NCBI GenBank assembly: GCA_021735245.1
Contig: JAIPHJ010000002.1
Location: 26,017 to 90,016 of the forward strand
Reading direction: 5' to 3'
Length of the DNA stretch: 64,000 nucleotides
Source: Candidatus Bipolaricaulota bacterium
GTDB taxonomy: Bacteria; Bipolaricaulota; Bipolaricaulia; M55B111
The notes beneath the pieces were generated by a model that saw only the letters and a program-made list of their open reading frames with translations, was not told the origin of the DNA and made no database searches. The position numbers and the translations under genes are program-made. Positions 36,785-46,707 of this stretch are shown in pieces (position 1 is the stretch's first letter; every line of letters begins with the position of its first letter).

Positions 36785-37345
36785 GTGATAAAAATTAAAT
36801 ATCTATTTGCGGGACTGGCAGAGATTGTTGAGATGGGTATTTGGGGGGCTGTTATTGCTCCTTTCGCAATCTGGGGATTAGGAGAAATTCTCTGGGTTGG
36901 GCTTTTCTTTCCTTTAGTGAAGGCGTTGAAGGATATAAGCGAGAAAAGAGAAAGGGCGAGAATAGAATGCAAACACGCTTTAATTTTAGGATGCCGTAGG
37001 GTCAAAAGCTATAAATGGGAGATTTTTTTCGCCTCAGTTGGTGGAGTATTAATTTTGGACATTTACTGGATGTTTATAAATTTAGCAGATGATTTCTTAC
37101 CTTCGTTCTTATACGTGTTAATATTATTCATTAGTACTTTTTTGCTTTGCATTCTACTTTTCTCTAAGGGCAACGGTATTATGTCAAGTTCCCCTGCTCC
37201 TACCTTAAGGAGTATGAAATTTATTTGGGGTGGGTTTATGAATCCTTTTGACGAAACCAAAGTCTCTAAAATGAGGGATGTGGTGATTGAGGTGAACGAA
37301 AATATAATGGAGTCTTCGAGTTCTTGTCGATTTGGCAGGTGCTAA
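36785..37345 (+). CDS. Small polytopic membrane protein, paralogue of 37896-38387
   Basis: 186-aa ORF (exact start uncertain) with about four hydrophobic segments. C-terminal SMKFIWGGFMNPFDE corresponds to SVKYIFWGVSNPFRD in the paralogue. Confidence 0.65.
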   Translation: MIKIKYLFAGLAEIVEMGIWGAVIAPFAIWGLGEILWVGLFFPLVKALKDISEKRERARIECKHALILGCRRVKSYKWEIFFASVGGVLILDIYWMFINLADDFLPSFLYVLILFISTFLLCILLFSKGNGIMSSSPAPTLRSMKFIWGGFMNPFDETKVSKMRDVVIEVNENIMESSSSCRFGRC

Positions 37346-37440
37346 AGTTGAACAGTTACTGGTGCAGCATCCATTGATAGGGAAGTATGAATAGGAACTA
37401 TGTTGGCGAATTTTGGTAGGAAATATGTGCTGGATCAGGG

Positions 37441-37788
37441 TTGTGCACCTTGGGCCATCTAAATATACCGATAAGATTCATTTGTGTTTTGGGTAAATTA
37501 ATAAATAGTTTGCAAAATCATGCAGAGTTTTTCATTGGAGCGGTAATTTCCATTGTCGTTCCCTCTATTCTAATACTTCTGATTATATCGGATTTCTCTT
37601 TTACGGAGATACTTCAATATATTTATGCAAGAAAGTTTGTGGTTTTAAGTTTAGCAGTTTTAAACTCGGTCTTTAACAACTTAGATGGTGACCAAATATT
37701 TTTACTGAGGGAAAATATTTTACCCGGTGCTTTAATAGGTGCAGGAGTGGGTTATCTAATTGTTCAAGTTCTTTCAGAAAGTTATTAA
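37441..37788 (+). CDS. Small polytopic membrane protein
   Basis: 115-aa ORF with a non-ATG start and three hydrophobic segments. Confidence 0.45.
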   Translation: MCTLGHLNIPIRFICVLGKLINSLQNHAEFFIGAVISIVVPSILILLIISDFSFTEILQYIYARKFVVLSLAVLNSVFNNLDGDQIFLLRENILPGALIGAGVGYLIVQVLSESY

Positions 37789-37895
37789 GATGTAGAAGTC
37801 CGCGTTTAATTAGAAAAAGTTGATGGTTCAAGCGTATTTCGTAGAGGTGAAAATACCCTTCCTAAGTTACTTTTTTAATTCCAAACAGGATAATT

Positions 37896-38387
37896 ATGAT
37901 TCCAATATTAATTGAGTGGGGCAAAGAAACGAATTGGTTTCTGTTCTTCTTCCCCCCTTTCCTCATTTGGTTTCTAGCAGGGGCTACATTATTGGGTTTT
38001 CCACCCGTTCTGAGAAGACTGTCTTCGGACAGGGGTTTCGTCCAGAGAGCTAAGTTTAGCCTAAAAAGAGCCTTTTTCTATAGATGGGAACTTCTATTTA
38101 CGGCAATTAGCTTGACACTATTGACTTATATTTATCATATTCTACTTGTTCTAGGAAGAAATCTGCTTTCAATATTTCCGGATACTTTGGCATCGACTTT
38201 AGGTTTTTTATTGCTGCTATTGGTTTTTTTGGCCAAGTTAGGAAAGATCGCCCAGCGACCTCCCACTAAGTCACCTTTAAAAAGCGTGAAATACATTTTT
38301 TGGGGGGTTTCCAATCCATTTCGGGATTACCCAACATATAGAGTATTAGATGAGGTAAATAATGAGAAAAGTAGAAATAAGGCATGA
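37896..38387 (+). CDS. Small polytopic membrane protein, paralogue of 36785-37345
   Basis: 163-aa ORF. Stop overlaps the next start (ATGA, 38384-38387). Confidence 0.65.
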   Translation: MIPILIEWGKETNWFLFFFPPFLIWFLAGATLLGFPPVLRRLSSDRGFVQRAKFSLKRAFFYRWELLFTAISLTLLTYIYHILLVLGRNLLSIFPDTLASTLGFLLLLLVFLAKLGKIAQRPPTKSPLKSVKYIFWGVSNPFRDYPTYRVLDEVNNEKSRNKA

Positions 38388-39094
38388 GGGCTACAGAAGG
38401 AATGATAATGGAACACTTAAATGATTGGGGATGGTTGAGCGGGGTATTAATCTTTTCTGCGCTAACTTTCATTACGTCATTTCTCTTCTCTATTTCGACC
38501 TACGCCTGGCCCGTCGATTCCTACCAGGAATTACGCTACGAACACGTACGGGGCCAGAATACCCTCTCCAGCTGTGGACCAGCCTCTCTGGCAACTTTGT
38601 TTGCAGAATTCTACGGAATGGAAACCGGAGAAAAAGAGATAACCGAGCTAGTCAAACCGTATTTAGAGAAAGAAATTGAGAAGTTAAAAGAGGGAAAATT
38701 ACCTGAAGGTGGGGTCTCAATGCTGGACTTGAAAAAAGTAAGCCAGGAGTTAGAAATTCCCGCGAGGGGCTATAAGATTCCGAAACGAAAAGTGTTTTCC
38801 ATAATGAGAAAGCTTAAAACCCCTCTATTGGTTCATCTTGATAAACCAGAAGATCACTTCGTCCTGGGTGTCGCGGGTTTCCACGGCCAGATTGTTCTAG
38901 CGGACCCCTCCTGGGGCATCCGTTCGTTGGGTAAAAAAGAATTTTTCAACAAATGGGATGGACTGATACTGGCTTTTTCTCCCCCCACGAAATATAAGAA
39001 TTGGGCCCATAGAGTCATTAAGAAGGTGAGGCAACGGGCCAAACAGAGGGATAGAACACAGACTCTTTCCCGGAGGTTTCTATGGGACCGCTGA
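38384..39094 (+). CDS. Stand-alone, membrane-anchored or exported C39-like cysteine peptidase
   Basis: N-terminal hydrophobic segment WLSGVLIFSALTFITSFLFSI. Gln-Cys in GQNTLSSCGPASLATLFAEFYG, His in PEDHFVLGV, Asp in IVLADPSWG. No ABC domain. Confidence 0.8.
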   Translation: MRATEGMIMEHLNDWGWLSGVLIFSALTFITSFLFSISTYAWPVDSYQELRYEHVRGQNTLSSCGPASLATLFAEFYGMETGEKEITELVKPYLEKEIEKLKEGKLPEGGVSMLDLKKVSQELEIPARGYKIPKRKVFSIMRKLKTPLLVHLDKPEDHFVLGVAGFHGQIVLADPSWGIRSLGKKEFFNKWDGLILAFSPPTKYKNWAHRVIKKVRQRAKQRDRTQTLSRRFLWDR

Positions 39095-39855
39095 AGCCGG
39101 TCAAAACCCAGGTAGTTTTAGCTTTCCTTCTTGTTCTTCTTATTTTAGCTGTCGGAACCGTTCAAGGTAAGGCAAATGATAGAATAAATCCACTGCGGTT
39201 CGGAAAAGACCGGAAAGCCTGGCAACTTACCCTCAATTTTTCCAGGTATATGGATAGTCTTACTGTCCGGACCAGGGATTCGACGGGATTATGGGAGAAA
39301 GAAAAGAAAATTGACGGTACTTCTTACAGCCTGGAGAGTTCGTTTGAACTGAATGAGATAATTGGCTTTAGAGGTAGTTTTTCTTATCGTACTGATTCCA
39401 TAAAATCGGAGGCGACAAATCTCTGGACGGGCGTGAAGGAAACCAGCGAGGAGACGTCGGGCCAGTTCGGAGGAGCGTCGTTTAAAATTAAGGTAAGTAT
39501 CTGGGAAAATTCTGAGATCAAGTCTCACTTTCTGATTCCCGTACTGGGTGGCTCGGCAGGTGCCGGCTTCGTATGGTCAAGAGATCCCGTAATGGTGTTT
39601 CCGAAATTCGCTATCACCGGTGATGGATTCGACATGAATACGGGTGTAAGCTTCGTGGCGAATTCGAAAATAGCGATTACCGGTCAAATGTCCTTTAGCC
39701 AGGAGGAAAATGGTTCTGTTGTCGGTTTCGGGGGAGGATTAGTTTACCGGGACGGAGAATACGATGGCGTCCAGGTATCGGCGTCATTGATGAGAGGGGA
39801 TTCCACTCAAGTCTCAGTTGAGATCGGCCTGAGTTACGGCCAGGAAAAAGAATAA
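39082..39855 (+). CDS. Exported beta-strand-rich protein (possible outer-membrane barrel)
   Basis: 257-aa ORF with a signal peptide and alternating beta pattern. Overlaps the upstream gene by 13 nt. Confidence 0.6.
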   Translation: MGPLKPVKTQVVLAFLLVLLILAVGTVQGKANDRINPLRFGKDRKAWQLTLNFSRYMDSLTVRTRDSTGLWEKEKKIDGTSYSLESSFELNEIIGFRGSFSYRTDSIKSEATNLWTGVKETSEETSGQFGGASFKIKVSIWENSEIKSHFLIPVLGGSAGAGFVWSRDPVMVFPKFAITGDGFDMNTGVSFVANSKIAITGQMSFSQEENGSVVGFGGGLVYRDGEYDGVQVSASLMRGDSTQVSVEIGLSYGQEKE

Positions 39856-39914
39856 TTTTATTTAAGACGATAATTTTTTATACTTCAGTAAGGTTCTTAT
39901 CCGGGAGGTAAGAT

Positions 39915-41879
39915 ATGAGAGAAACGTGGACTATCTCTTCAAAAAATTTATTGGTAATTTTGTCACTTAGTATTATTTTAGTCCTTTCCGGCTCAGCAAC
40001 CTTTGCAGGGCCTCAACCCGCTGAAACCATCCTGGAAAAGGCGCCGTCTCGAGACGAGTATCCCGATTCCGACGCCGTGATAATGCTGGATAAAGGAGTG
40101 GTAGAAGTCGGGTCGAAGGCCGGGAAAACCATGATGATTACCAGGCAAATAAAGGTTTTCAACAAGGAGGGTAGACAAAAATTCGGAGAAGTGGAGATCC
40201 CTTATCTCGCCCCATCGGGCAAACCGAAGTTAAACTGGGTGCGGACAATAACACCCGAAGGCAAAGTGGTAAAGCCGGACAAAGATGACATGAGGGACGT
40301 TACTCCAGCGAGACTTCAGCAGTATCCGATGTATTCCGACTTAAAGAAGAAGGTAATTAGCATGCCCGGATTGACCAACGGGGCGATAATTGAATATTCG
40401 TATACTTTAAAACCCAAGAGGTTCTTTCTAAAAGGAGATTTCAGTTCAAGCTGGAGGTTTAGATACAAACAGCCGGTTTTGAAATCTCATTTCGAGGTTT
40501 CCTTTCCCTATGAGATGAACGTTAGCTGGACCGATTTTGATGCGAATCTACCTCCGGTAGTAGAACAAGAGAACGACCGAAAGTCTCTCGTATGGAAACG
40601 AGAGGACTTGTCAAAAATAATTGAAGAACCAGGCATGCCACCGATTTACCGGATTTCGGAGAGGGTGTTAGTTACATCAATAGAAAGCTGGGAGTACTAC
40701 TCGAAGCAGTTCTGGAACCTGGCAAAAAATAGAGCAAACCCCGATAAAGCAATAAGAAGTAAAGTCAAAGAGTTAACCAAAGGACTAAAAGGCAAAGAAG
40801 AAAAGGTTCGGGCCCTCTACAATTACGTAGCGACAAAAATCAGGTACGTAGCTATCGAGCTTGGACGAGGTAAGATACAGCCTCACAAGGCTGGCGACGT
40901 ATTCCATAACAAGTACGGTGATTGTAAGGACAAAGCTACACTGCTGATAAGCATGTTAAAGGTAGCCGGGATAAAGGCCCATCCGGTTTTGATCCTTTCC
41001 GGCCTCAACGAGAAAACCAGGTTCGAGGAGCCGCCGCCTGGAAGAGGGCTAAATCACGCCATAGTAGCTGTTGAAATGAAAGGAGGACTCAAGTTTCTCG
41101 ACCCAACCTGCGACGTATGCCCCTATGAGTATCTTCCAGACACCGACAGGTCAAAGAAAGCTCTGGCGATCATACCCAGGAAAGATGACGTGGGCAGAAT
41201 AGTCGAGATGGACAAATTCAATCCGGAAAAAACCAGAGTAAGAGTCGATCAAGAAGTGGAGGTTAGCGAAGAAGGAGATCTGAATACGAGTATAGAAATC
41301 TCCCACTCCGGGTATTACAGCTACTACCTCAAATCTTTCCTCGAGTCCTATTCCAAAGTAAGACAGGAACGGATCTATAGAGGCATATTAAGCCAGCACG
41401 AGTCGGGAGCCCAGCTCAAAGACTTTAGCCATACGGATCTGGAGAAAATTGACGAGAGGTTAACTATTGAACTGTCTTATGAAAAGAAGGGGTTTGCAGA
41501 CACTTTGGGTGATTCGTTGATATTCCAGACTCCCCCGACTCTCAGAATTCCTCTTGATAGAAGTTACGATAAATTTGCCAGCCTGCCAGTGGAAGAAAGG
41601 AAATATCCATTACAGATGATTCCGGCTATCTTTATTGATGAGGTAACTATTTCTTTCCCTGAGGACAGGGAGATAGTAACTCCGGACGGTGTTGATATTG
41701 AAACGGAATGGGTGTCGTATAATTCATCTTACAAAGTTACGGGGAAAGGAGAACTGACTGTTACCAGGACATTAGTGAAGAAGAAATCCTTGTTGCCGCT
41801 GGAGGGTTACCCTGAATTCAAAAACCTGGTGAACAAGATGAGGAAAGACCAACAAAGTAATTTCCAGATAAAAGGGTAA
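39915..41879 (+). CDS. DUF3857 / transglutaminase-like / DUF3858 exported protein
   Basis: 654-aa ORF with a signal peptide. Transglutaminase core YGDCKDKATLLISMLKVAGI, NHAIVAVE, FLDPT (Cys-His-Asp). Confidence 0.8.
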   Translation: MRETWTISSKNLLVILSLSIILVLSGSATFAGPQPAETILEKAPSRDEYPDSDAVIMLDKGVVEVGSKAGKTMMITRQIKVFNKEGRQKFGEVEIPYLAPSGKPKLNWVRTITPEGKVVKPDKDDMRDVTPARLQQYPMYSDLKKKVISMPGLTNGAIIEYSYTLKPKRFFLKGDFSSSWRFRYKQPVLKSHFEVSFPYEMNVSWTDFDANLPPVVEQENDRKSLVWKREDLSKIIEEPGMPPIYRISERVLVTSIESWEYYSKQFWNLAKNRANPDKAIRSKVKELTKGLKGKEEKVRALYNYVATKIRYVAIELGRGKIQPHKAGDVFHNKYGDCKDKATLLISMLKVAGIKAHPVLILSGLNEKTRFEEPPPGRGLNHAIVAVEMKGGLKFLDPTCDVCPYEYLPDTDRSKKALAIIPRKDDVGRIVEMDKFNPEKTRVRVDQEVEVSEEGDLNTSIEISHSGYYSYYLKSFLESYSKVRQERIYRGILSQHESGAQLKDFSHTDLEKIDERLTIELSYEKKGFADTLGDSLIFQTPPTLRIPLDRSYDKFASLPVEERKYPLQMIPAIFIDEVTISFPEDREIVTPDGVDIETEWVSYNSSYKVTGKGELTVTRTLVKKKSLLPLEGYPEFKNLVNKMRKDQQSNFQIKG

Positions 41880-41914
41880 GCTGGAATTTAATCTATCTGC
41901 TCAAAAAGAGTCCG

Positions 41915-41950
41915 AATTACCCCGTCGGTTGAAACCAAGGCGGGGTAATT
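41915..41950 (+). terminator. Hairpin after the operon (possible terminator)
   Basis: AATTACCCCG pairs with CGGGGTAATT, 16-nt loop, followed by TATCTTATT. Confidence 0.5.
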
Positions 41951-42080
41951 TATCTTATTCAAGTAAGTTCACAATAGTGGAGACTCTCACGAATAATTTT
42001 CGATTTACCATATACTATACTCTTCTTACCGACAAAGAGCTGATTTGATTTACTGATCCGGTCATTTATAATTCTAATAC

Positions 42081-42155
42081 GGGCGAATAGCTCAGTGGGA
42101 GAGCACCTGACTCACATTCAGGAGGTCGCAGGTTCGAGTCCTGCTTCGCCCACCA
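42081..42155 (+). tRNA. tRNA-Val(CAC), CCA encoded
   Basis: GGGCGAA-TA-GCTC-AGTGGGA-GAGC-A-CCTGA-CTCACAT-TCAGG-AGGTC-GCAGG-TTCGAGT-CCTGC-TTCGCCC-A-CCA. All four stems pair. Confidence 0.93.
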
Positions 42156-42424
42156 CCCTCGGCTAGAATCCTATTGTCGGTTAACTACAAATAAGTTTTA
42201 TCTTTCGCCTGACTCCGTTTTAGAACACGAGTGAGGGTAACCAGGCGTCCATATTTTCGTCGGAAAATTCCTACTTTCAACCACTTCCCATAGTTCAAAC
42301 GGAGCGTTTTATTATAACTCTGAAAAAGAACTACTTTTCGTAAAATCCAGTCTAGATAAAGAACAAATTGATATTTCAATTTATAAATAAAGCTTCAACC
42401 GGGGTTAAAATCTTTTTTGAACTG

Positions 42425-42557
42425 GTCCTTGCTTACGATTTTCGTACCACCTTACGCACTAATCTCCACTAAGAACAATATTTCCCATTAACATTCCAAT
42501 TTCACCTGCCAAATTTGGATAGATTCCCCGTTTGTTCTATAATCCGAGTGTTCAAGA
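42425..42557 (+). promoter_or_regulatory. Repeated promoter module, copy 1
   Basis: Block GTCCTTGCTTACGATTTTCGTACCACCTTACGCACTAATCTCC. TTGGAT (42515-42520), 17 nt, TATAAT (42538-42543). About 500 nt upstream of 43042. Confidence 0.6.
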
Positions 42558-43041
42558 ATTCCAGAAGAATTACCAAAGGGGGCAATGCAATCCTCCGAGG
42601 AGGAATTACCTGGATCATTCTGCTATTTAACTTTGGAGATTGAGTGTTAAAACTAAAAATCCAAAGCTTTTTGGCTTGTTTATCTGAATATTTGAGTCGG
42701 AAGATTACTCGAAGTTGGCCCTCTTTTTACTTCGAACAAAAGAAACCTGCACAAGTCAAGAAGCTTGCCCCCAGGTACAACTGAAGAACATTGAGGTAGC
42801 TCTGGGGATTTGAAGCACGAAAATCTTGCCAGTCCTCAATTGAGAGTAGACACCTGGTTACGAACAAAGTACGAATTTCACGGCAAGAATCTATAAGAAA
42901 TCCCCACCGTTTATGAGGTACTTGCTACGAAAACCTATTGGGACAAGCACTTAGGTTTACATTCTTTCCTTGTTCTTGTAATATATTTTACATTTCAACA
43001 GGATAGTCTCGTATTAGTATTAGGAGTATAATTTACTAAAG

Positions 43042-44646
43042 ATGTTAAGTCTTTATCAATCCGTTCTAGCTTTTACCATCTTCGTGCTGGTCCTGACCGC
43101 GATTTACGTGGGAAGGCACTACCCTAAGCCGGGAACCCTACCTATGATGTTGGCCCTCATAGCCGTGGTATTCTGGGACCTCGGTTATCTCTTAAGCCTG
43201 GGGGCGGAGGGTCTGTCCACTAAGATCTTCTGGACAAAATTTCAATATCTCGGTTACGAATTCGTTCCCCCTCTCTGGTTTCTCGTCATCTGGCGCTATA
43301 CCCAGCACCGTATAAGAAATCACCGCTCGCTTCTGCTGATATTCGCCCTCCCCCTTCTCACTATAGCCTTTGCTTGGACGAACCAGTTTCACGGGTTATT
43401 GTGGCAGGAAGCGGCCGTGCATGGTCATTTAGGTATTTCAGTTTTAGAAACCGGCCGCGGTCCCTGGTGGCTGGTCGATACATTATATAGCTACAGTTTG
43501 ATCTCGGGAGGGGTATACCTGCTTTTGCGGGACACGATTGGACTCCCGAGCATCTACAAAAAACAGGCGCTGGTTCTTTTAGCTGGAGTCTTAGTGCCGA
43601 TGGCCGGTAACCTCTCCTACTTAATGGGATTGACCCACCACTTAGACCTCGCTCCTCTGACTTTTAGTATTACTGGACTGGTCTTTGCCTGGGGGGTTTC
43701 TCGTTACAGACTTTTCGGGGTGGTTCCCGTTGCTAGGTCGAAGCTTTTGGACGAGATGAATTTGGGAACCCTCGTCATGGATAAAGAAGGGTTGCTTCTT
43801 TCCGTGAATCCCGCCGCCTGCTCCGTTTTGGGCTGCGGCCAAGCTGATATCGGAGAACCTATTGACGAACTCCTTGTGGACCACCCGAAGTTGCTGGATT
43901 ACCTTCGTCGTCGAGAGAAGACCCAGGAGGAGGTAGCTATTTCTACAGGAGGCGAGACGAGTTATTTTGACTTCAAATTAACCCCCCTTGAGTCCGAGAG
44001 AGGTTATACTTCCGGTTGGCTGGCTCAGTTTTACGAGATTACCTCCCGGGTTCAAGCAGAGCAGCGTCTGCGGAAAGTCACAATAGAGACCATGGAAGCA
44101 TTGGCCAAAACTGTGGAGGCCAAGGATGCCTATACTAGAGAACATCTGGACAGGGTGGAAAAGCATGCTCTAGCGGTTGCCGAGCGGTTAGATATTTCCG
44201 AAAAACGGAGAGAGCAACTAAGATTTGCGGCGGTATTACATGACATTGGTAAGGTCCGCGTTCCGGACGGGATCTTGAATAAGCAGGACGGACTAACAGA
44301 TGAGGAATACGACCAAATAAAAGACCATGCGGAGGCAGGGGAAAGCATAGTTGGTCAGGTAAGTTACCTCCAGCAAGCGGCCACCATCATCGGTCAGCAC
44401 CACGAGAAATTCGACGGCTCGGGATACCCCAAAGGGTTGAAGGGCGATGAAATTACGCTGGAAGCCAGGATTCTTTCGGTGGTCGATGCCTACGACGCCA
44501 TGAGATCCGACCGGCCCTATCGGGACGCTTTACCCAGAGAGGTTGCAATAAAAGAGCTAAAGGAGAATAAGGGGACCCAGTTCGACCCGGAAGTGGTCGA
44601 TATCCTGCTCGAGATGATTGAAGCAAGGGAGGCAGAGTTAGAATGA
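43042..44646 (+). CDS. Membrane sensor (7TM HisKA_7TM-like N-domain) - PAS-like - HD-GYP phosphodiesterase
   Basis: 534-aa ORF with 6-7 N-terminal TM helices. HDIGK and HHEKFDGSGYP motifs. Confidence 0.85.
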   Translation: MLSLYQSVLAFTIFVLVLTAIYVGRHYPKPGTLPMMLALIAVVFWDLGYLLSLGAEGLSTKIFWTKFQYLGYEFVPPLWFLVIWRYTQHRIRNHRSLLLIFALPLLTIAFAWTNQFHGLLWQEAAVHGHLGISVLETGRGPWWLVDTLYSYSLISGGVYLLLRDTIGLPSIYKKQALVLLAGVLVPMAGNLSYLMGLTHHLDLAPLTFSITGLVFAWGVSRYRLFGVVPVARSKLLDEMNLGTLVMDKEGLLLSVNPAACSVLGCGQADIGEPIDELLVDHPKLLDYLRRREKTQEEVAISTGGETSYFDFKLTPLESERGYTSGWLAQFYEITSRVQAEQRLRKVTIETMEALAKTVEAKDAYTREHLDRVEKHALAVAERLDISEKRREQLRFAAVLHDIGKVRVPDGILNKQDGLTDEEYDQIKDHAEAGESIVGQVSYLQQAATIIGQHHEKFDGSGYPKGLKGDEITLEARILSVVDAYDAMRSDRPYRDALPREVAIKELKENKGTQFDPEVVDILLEMIEAREAELE

Positions 44647-46388
44647 AGGGAGAAGAAAGAGGTTTACCCCTTTCCGGGGAAACGTTCAGACAGTTATTTG
44701 AGGACGGGCCTGAACCGACCGTTCTCCTTGACGAAAACGGCCGTATCCGGGACCTCAACCGCCGGTTTGAGGAGGTCTTTGGCTACGAGCTGGAAGAAGC
44801 AAAGGGGAAAGGGATTAACAGCCTAATAGTTCCCGAAAGGTTAATCGAAGAAGCAGAGGATCTCGACCAAAAGAGCAAACGGGGCTACCTGAACTACGAA
44901 ACGGTAAGGGAAGGCAAGGAGGGGGAAATTCCCGTTTCGGTCTCCGCCACCCCGGTTACCGTGGAAGAAGGGACTTACGTGATGGCTACCTACAGAGACG
45001 TCACGGAACGGAAGGAGGCCAAAGAAAGGCTAAAATTGACTCGGCGGGAATTAAAAGAAAGCAAAGAAAGGTACCAAAGGTACTTCGAAGAGCTGGGAGA
45101 CGCCATCTTTGTCCTGAAGCTCGGCGGGGCAAACCACGGGGAGATCCTGGACGCAAATACGACCGCCGTAAAACAGACCGGCTACTCTAAGGAGGAGCTA
45201 ATCGGGATGAATATCAGAGAAGATCTGGTTGTCAAATCACCGGCTATGGGCTACGAAGAAGCCGACGATAGGCTAGCAAAAGGAGAGACAATAAGCTTTA
45301 CCGAACAGAAGATAAGCAAGCACGGGACCCCCTACTGGACCGAAGTGGTGGTAACCCCGATAGAGTACGAAGGGAAGGAGGCAGCGCTTTCTATCAATAG
45401 GGATATTACCGAAAGAAAACGAGCCCAGGAGTCTTTAAAAAAGGAAAGAGAGAAGTTAAGACAACTCCACGATGCCGTAGATATCCTACAGCAGCAGGAT
45501 ACTGAAGAGGAGGTCCTCCAGACCGCCGTCGAGGTAGCGGAAAAGATTCTGGATTTTCATATCTGTGCAATCGGACTTGTGGAGGGGGACTACGTCATTC
45601 CCAATGCGACCTCTTCCGGTATAACTCCTGACGATACGACAAAATTCAAGCTCGGAGAAGGAATAACCGGGAAGTCGGTACAGCAGGGGCGATCTATCTG
45701 GGGAGACGACCTCAGAGACTATCCGGAAGCGAAGCCGACGAATCCGGAATTCAAAGCCTTTATCAGTAGCCCGATCGGAGACCTGGGGAACTTCCAAATA
45801 GTCTCCAAAAAGGTGGGAAGTTTTACGGAAAGAGACGTGGAGCTGACCGAAATCCTCGCTGACCACCTCCAGGAAGAGCTTCAGCGAGTCCGGCTGGAGA
45901 AGGAGTTAAGAGAACAAGCAATTAGAGATCCGTTAACCGGCCTGTACAATCGCAGGTATTTCAACGAAATCCTCCAGCAAGAAGCGGAGAAATGTAAACG
46001 ATATGACAGATCCTTGGCTTTCGTAATGATGGACGTAAACAGGTTTAAGGAGATTAACGACCACTACTCTCACCAGAAAGGAGATCGGGTATTAAAAGAA
46101 GTGGCTAACCTGCTTGAAGAAAACGTCAGAAAAGCGGACACTCTGGTACGCTACGGTGGAGATGAATTTCTGGTCATGATACCTTACCCAGATGGGAAAT
46201 CAGAAAACGTTATAACGAGATTGAGGGATAAGCTCCAGAAGTGGAACGAGCAATCGAATCTGCTGGATTCCCCCCTCACTCTGGCAATGGGCATGGCTCA
46301 CTGGAGTCCCGACCAAAATAGAGACGTAGAAGGGGCTTTAAAGGAAGCGGACAAAAAGATGTACGAAGATAAGAAAGACAATAGCTGA
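44643..46388 (+). CDS. PAS-PAS-GAF-GGDEF diguanylate cyclase
   Basis: 581-aa ORF. ATGA overlap with the HD-GYP gene. RYGGDEF with the RKAD I-site. Confidence 0.9.
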   Translation: MKGEERGLPLSGETFRQLFEDGPEPTVLLDENGRIRDLNRRFEEVFGYELEEAKGKGINSLIVPERLIEEAEDLDQKSKRGYLNYETVREGKEGEIPVSVSATPVTVEEGTYVMATYRDVTERKEAKERLKLTRRELKESKERYQRYFEELGDAIFVLKLGGANHGEILDANTTAVKQTGYSKEELIGMNIREDLVVKSPAMGYEEADDRLAKGETISFTEQKISKHGTPYWTEVVVTPIEYEGKEAALSINRDITERKRAQESLKKEREKLRQLHDAVDILQQQDTEEEVLQTAVEVAEKILDFHICAIGLVEGDYVIPNATSSGITPDDTTKFKLGEGITGKSVQQGRSIWGDDLRDYPEAKPTNPEFKAFISSPIGDLGNFQIVSKKVGSFTERDVELTEILADHLQEELQRVRLEKELREQAIRDPLTGLYNRRYFNEILQQEAEKCKRYDRSLAFVMMDVNRFKEINDHYSHQKGDRVLKEVANLLEENVRKADTLVRYGGDEFLVMIPYPDGKSENVITRLRDKLQKWNEQSNLLDSPLTLAMGMAHWSPDQNRDVEGALKEADKKMYEDKKDNS

Positions 46389-46433
46389 TTGACCAGCAAT
46401 TCACACAGCACTCTTAACTAAAATATTGCGTGA

Positions 46434-46565
46434 GTCCTTGCTTACGATTTTCGTACCATCTTACGCACTAATCTCCCCCACGAACTTTGCGTTCCGTAAA
46501 TCTTCAACTATACTCATCAAATCTCGATAGATTCCCCGTTTATTCTATAATCCGGGTGGTCAAGA
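46434..46565 (+). promoter_or_regulatory. Repeated promoter module, copy 2
   Basis: Near-identical block GTCCTTGCTTACGATTTTCGTACCATCTTACGCACTAATCTCC. CTCGAT, 17 nt, TATAAT (46546-46551). Followed by IS debris, not by a gene. Confidence 0.5.
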
Positions 46566-46707
46566 GAGTTAAAATTATCGACTCAGTAAACCATCTCTTT
46601 ACTGGTTTACATAACTAGAAGATATCTATAACCTAGAAAATGATTGGATTGATTATTTTCATTCTATCTTTACGATGAATAGGAGGTTGAAAATATGCCT
46701 AAAAACC

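Noticed and set aside
42185-42379. 64-aa minus-strand ORF beside tRNA-Val as an integrase remnant
   Set aside because: The Lys/Arg-rich product has no recombinase box motifs, and there is no repeat of the tRNA 3' end nearby.
42560-43041. c-di-GMP riboswitch in the long leader of the HD-GYP/GGDEF operon
   Set aside because: I found none of the conserved GEMM-I/II core strings (for example ACGCACAGGGCAAA or GGGACGCAAAGCC). A covariance-model scan would be needed to exclude it fully.
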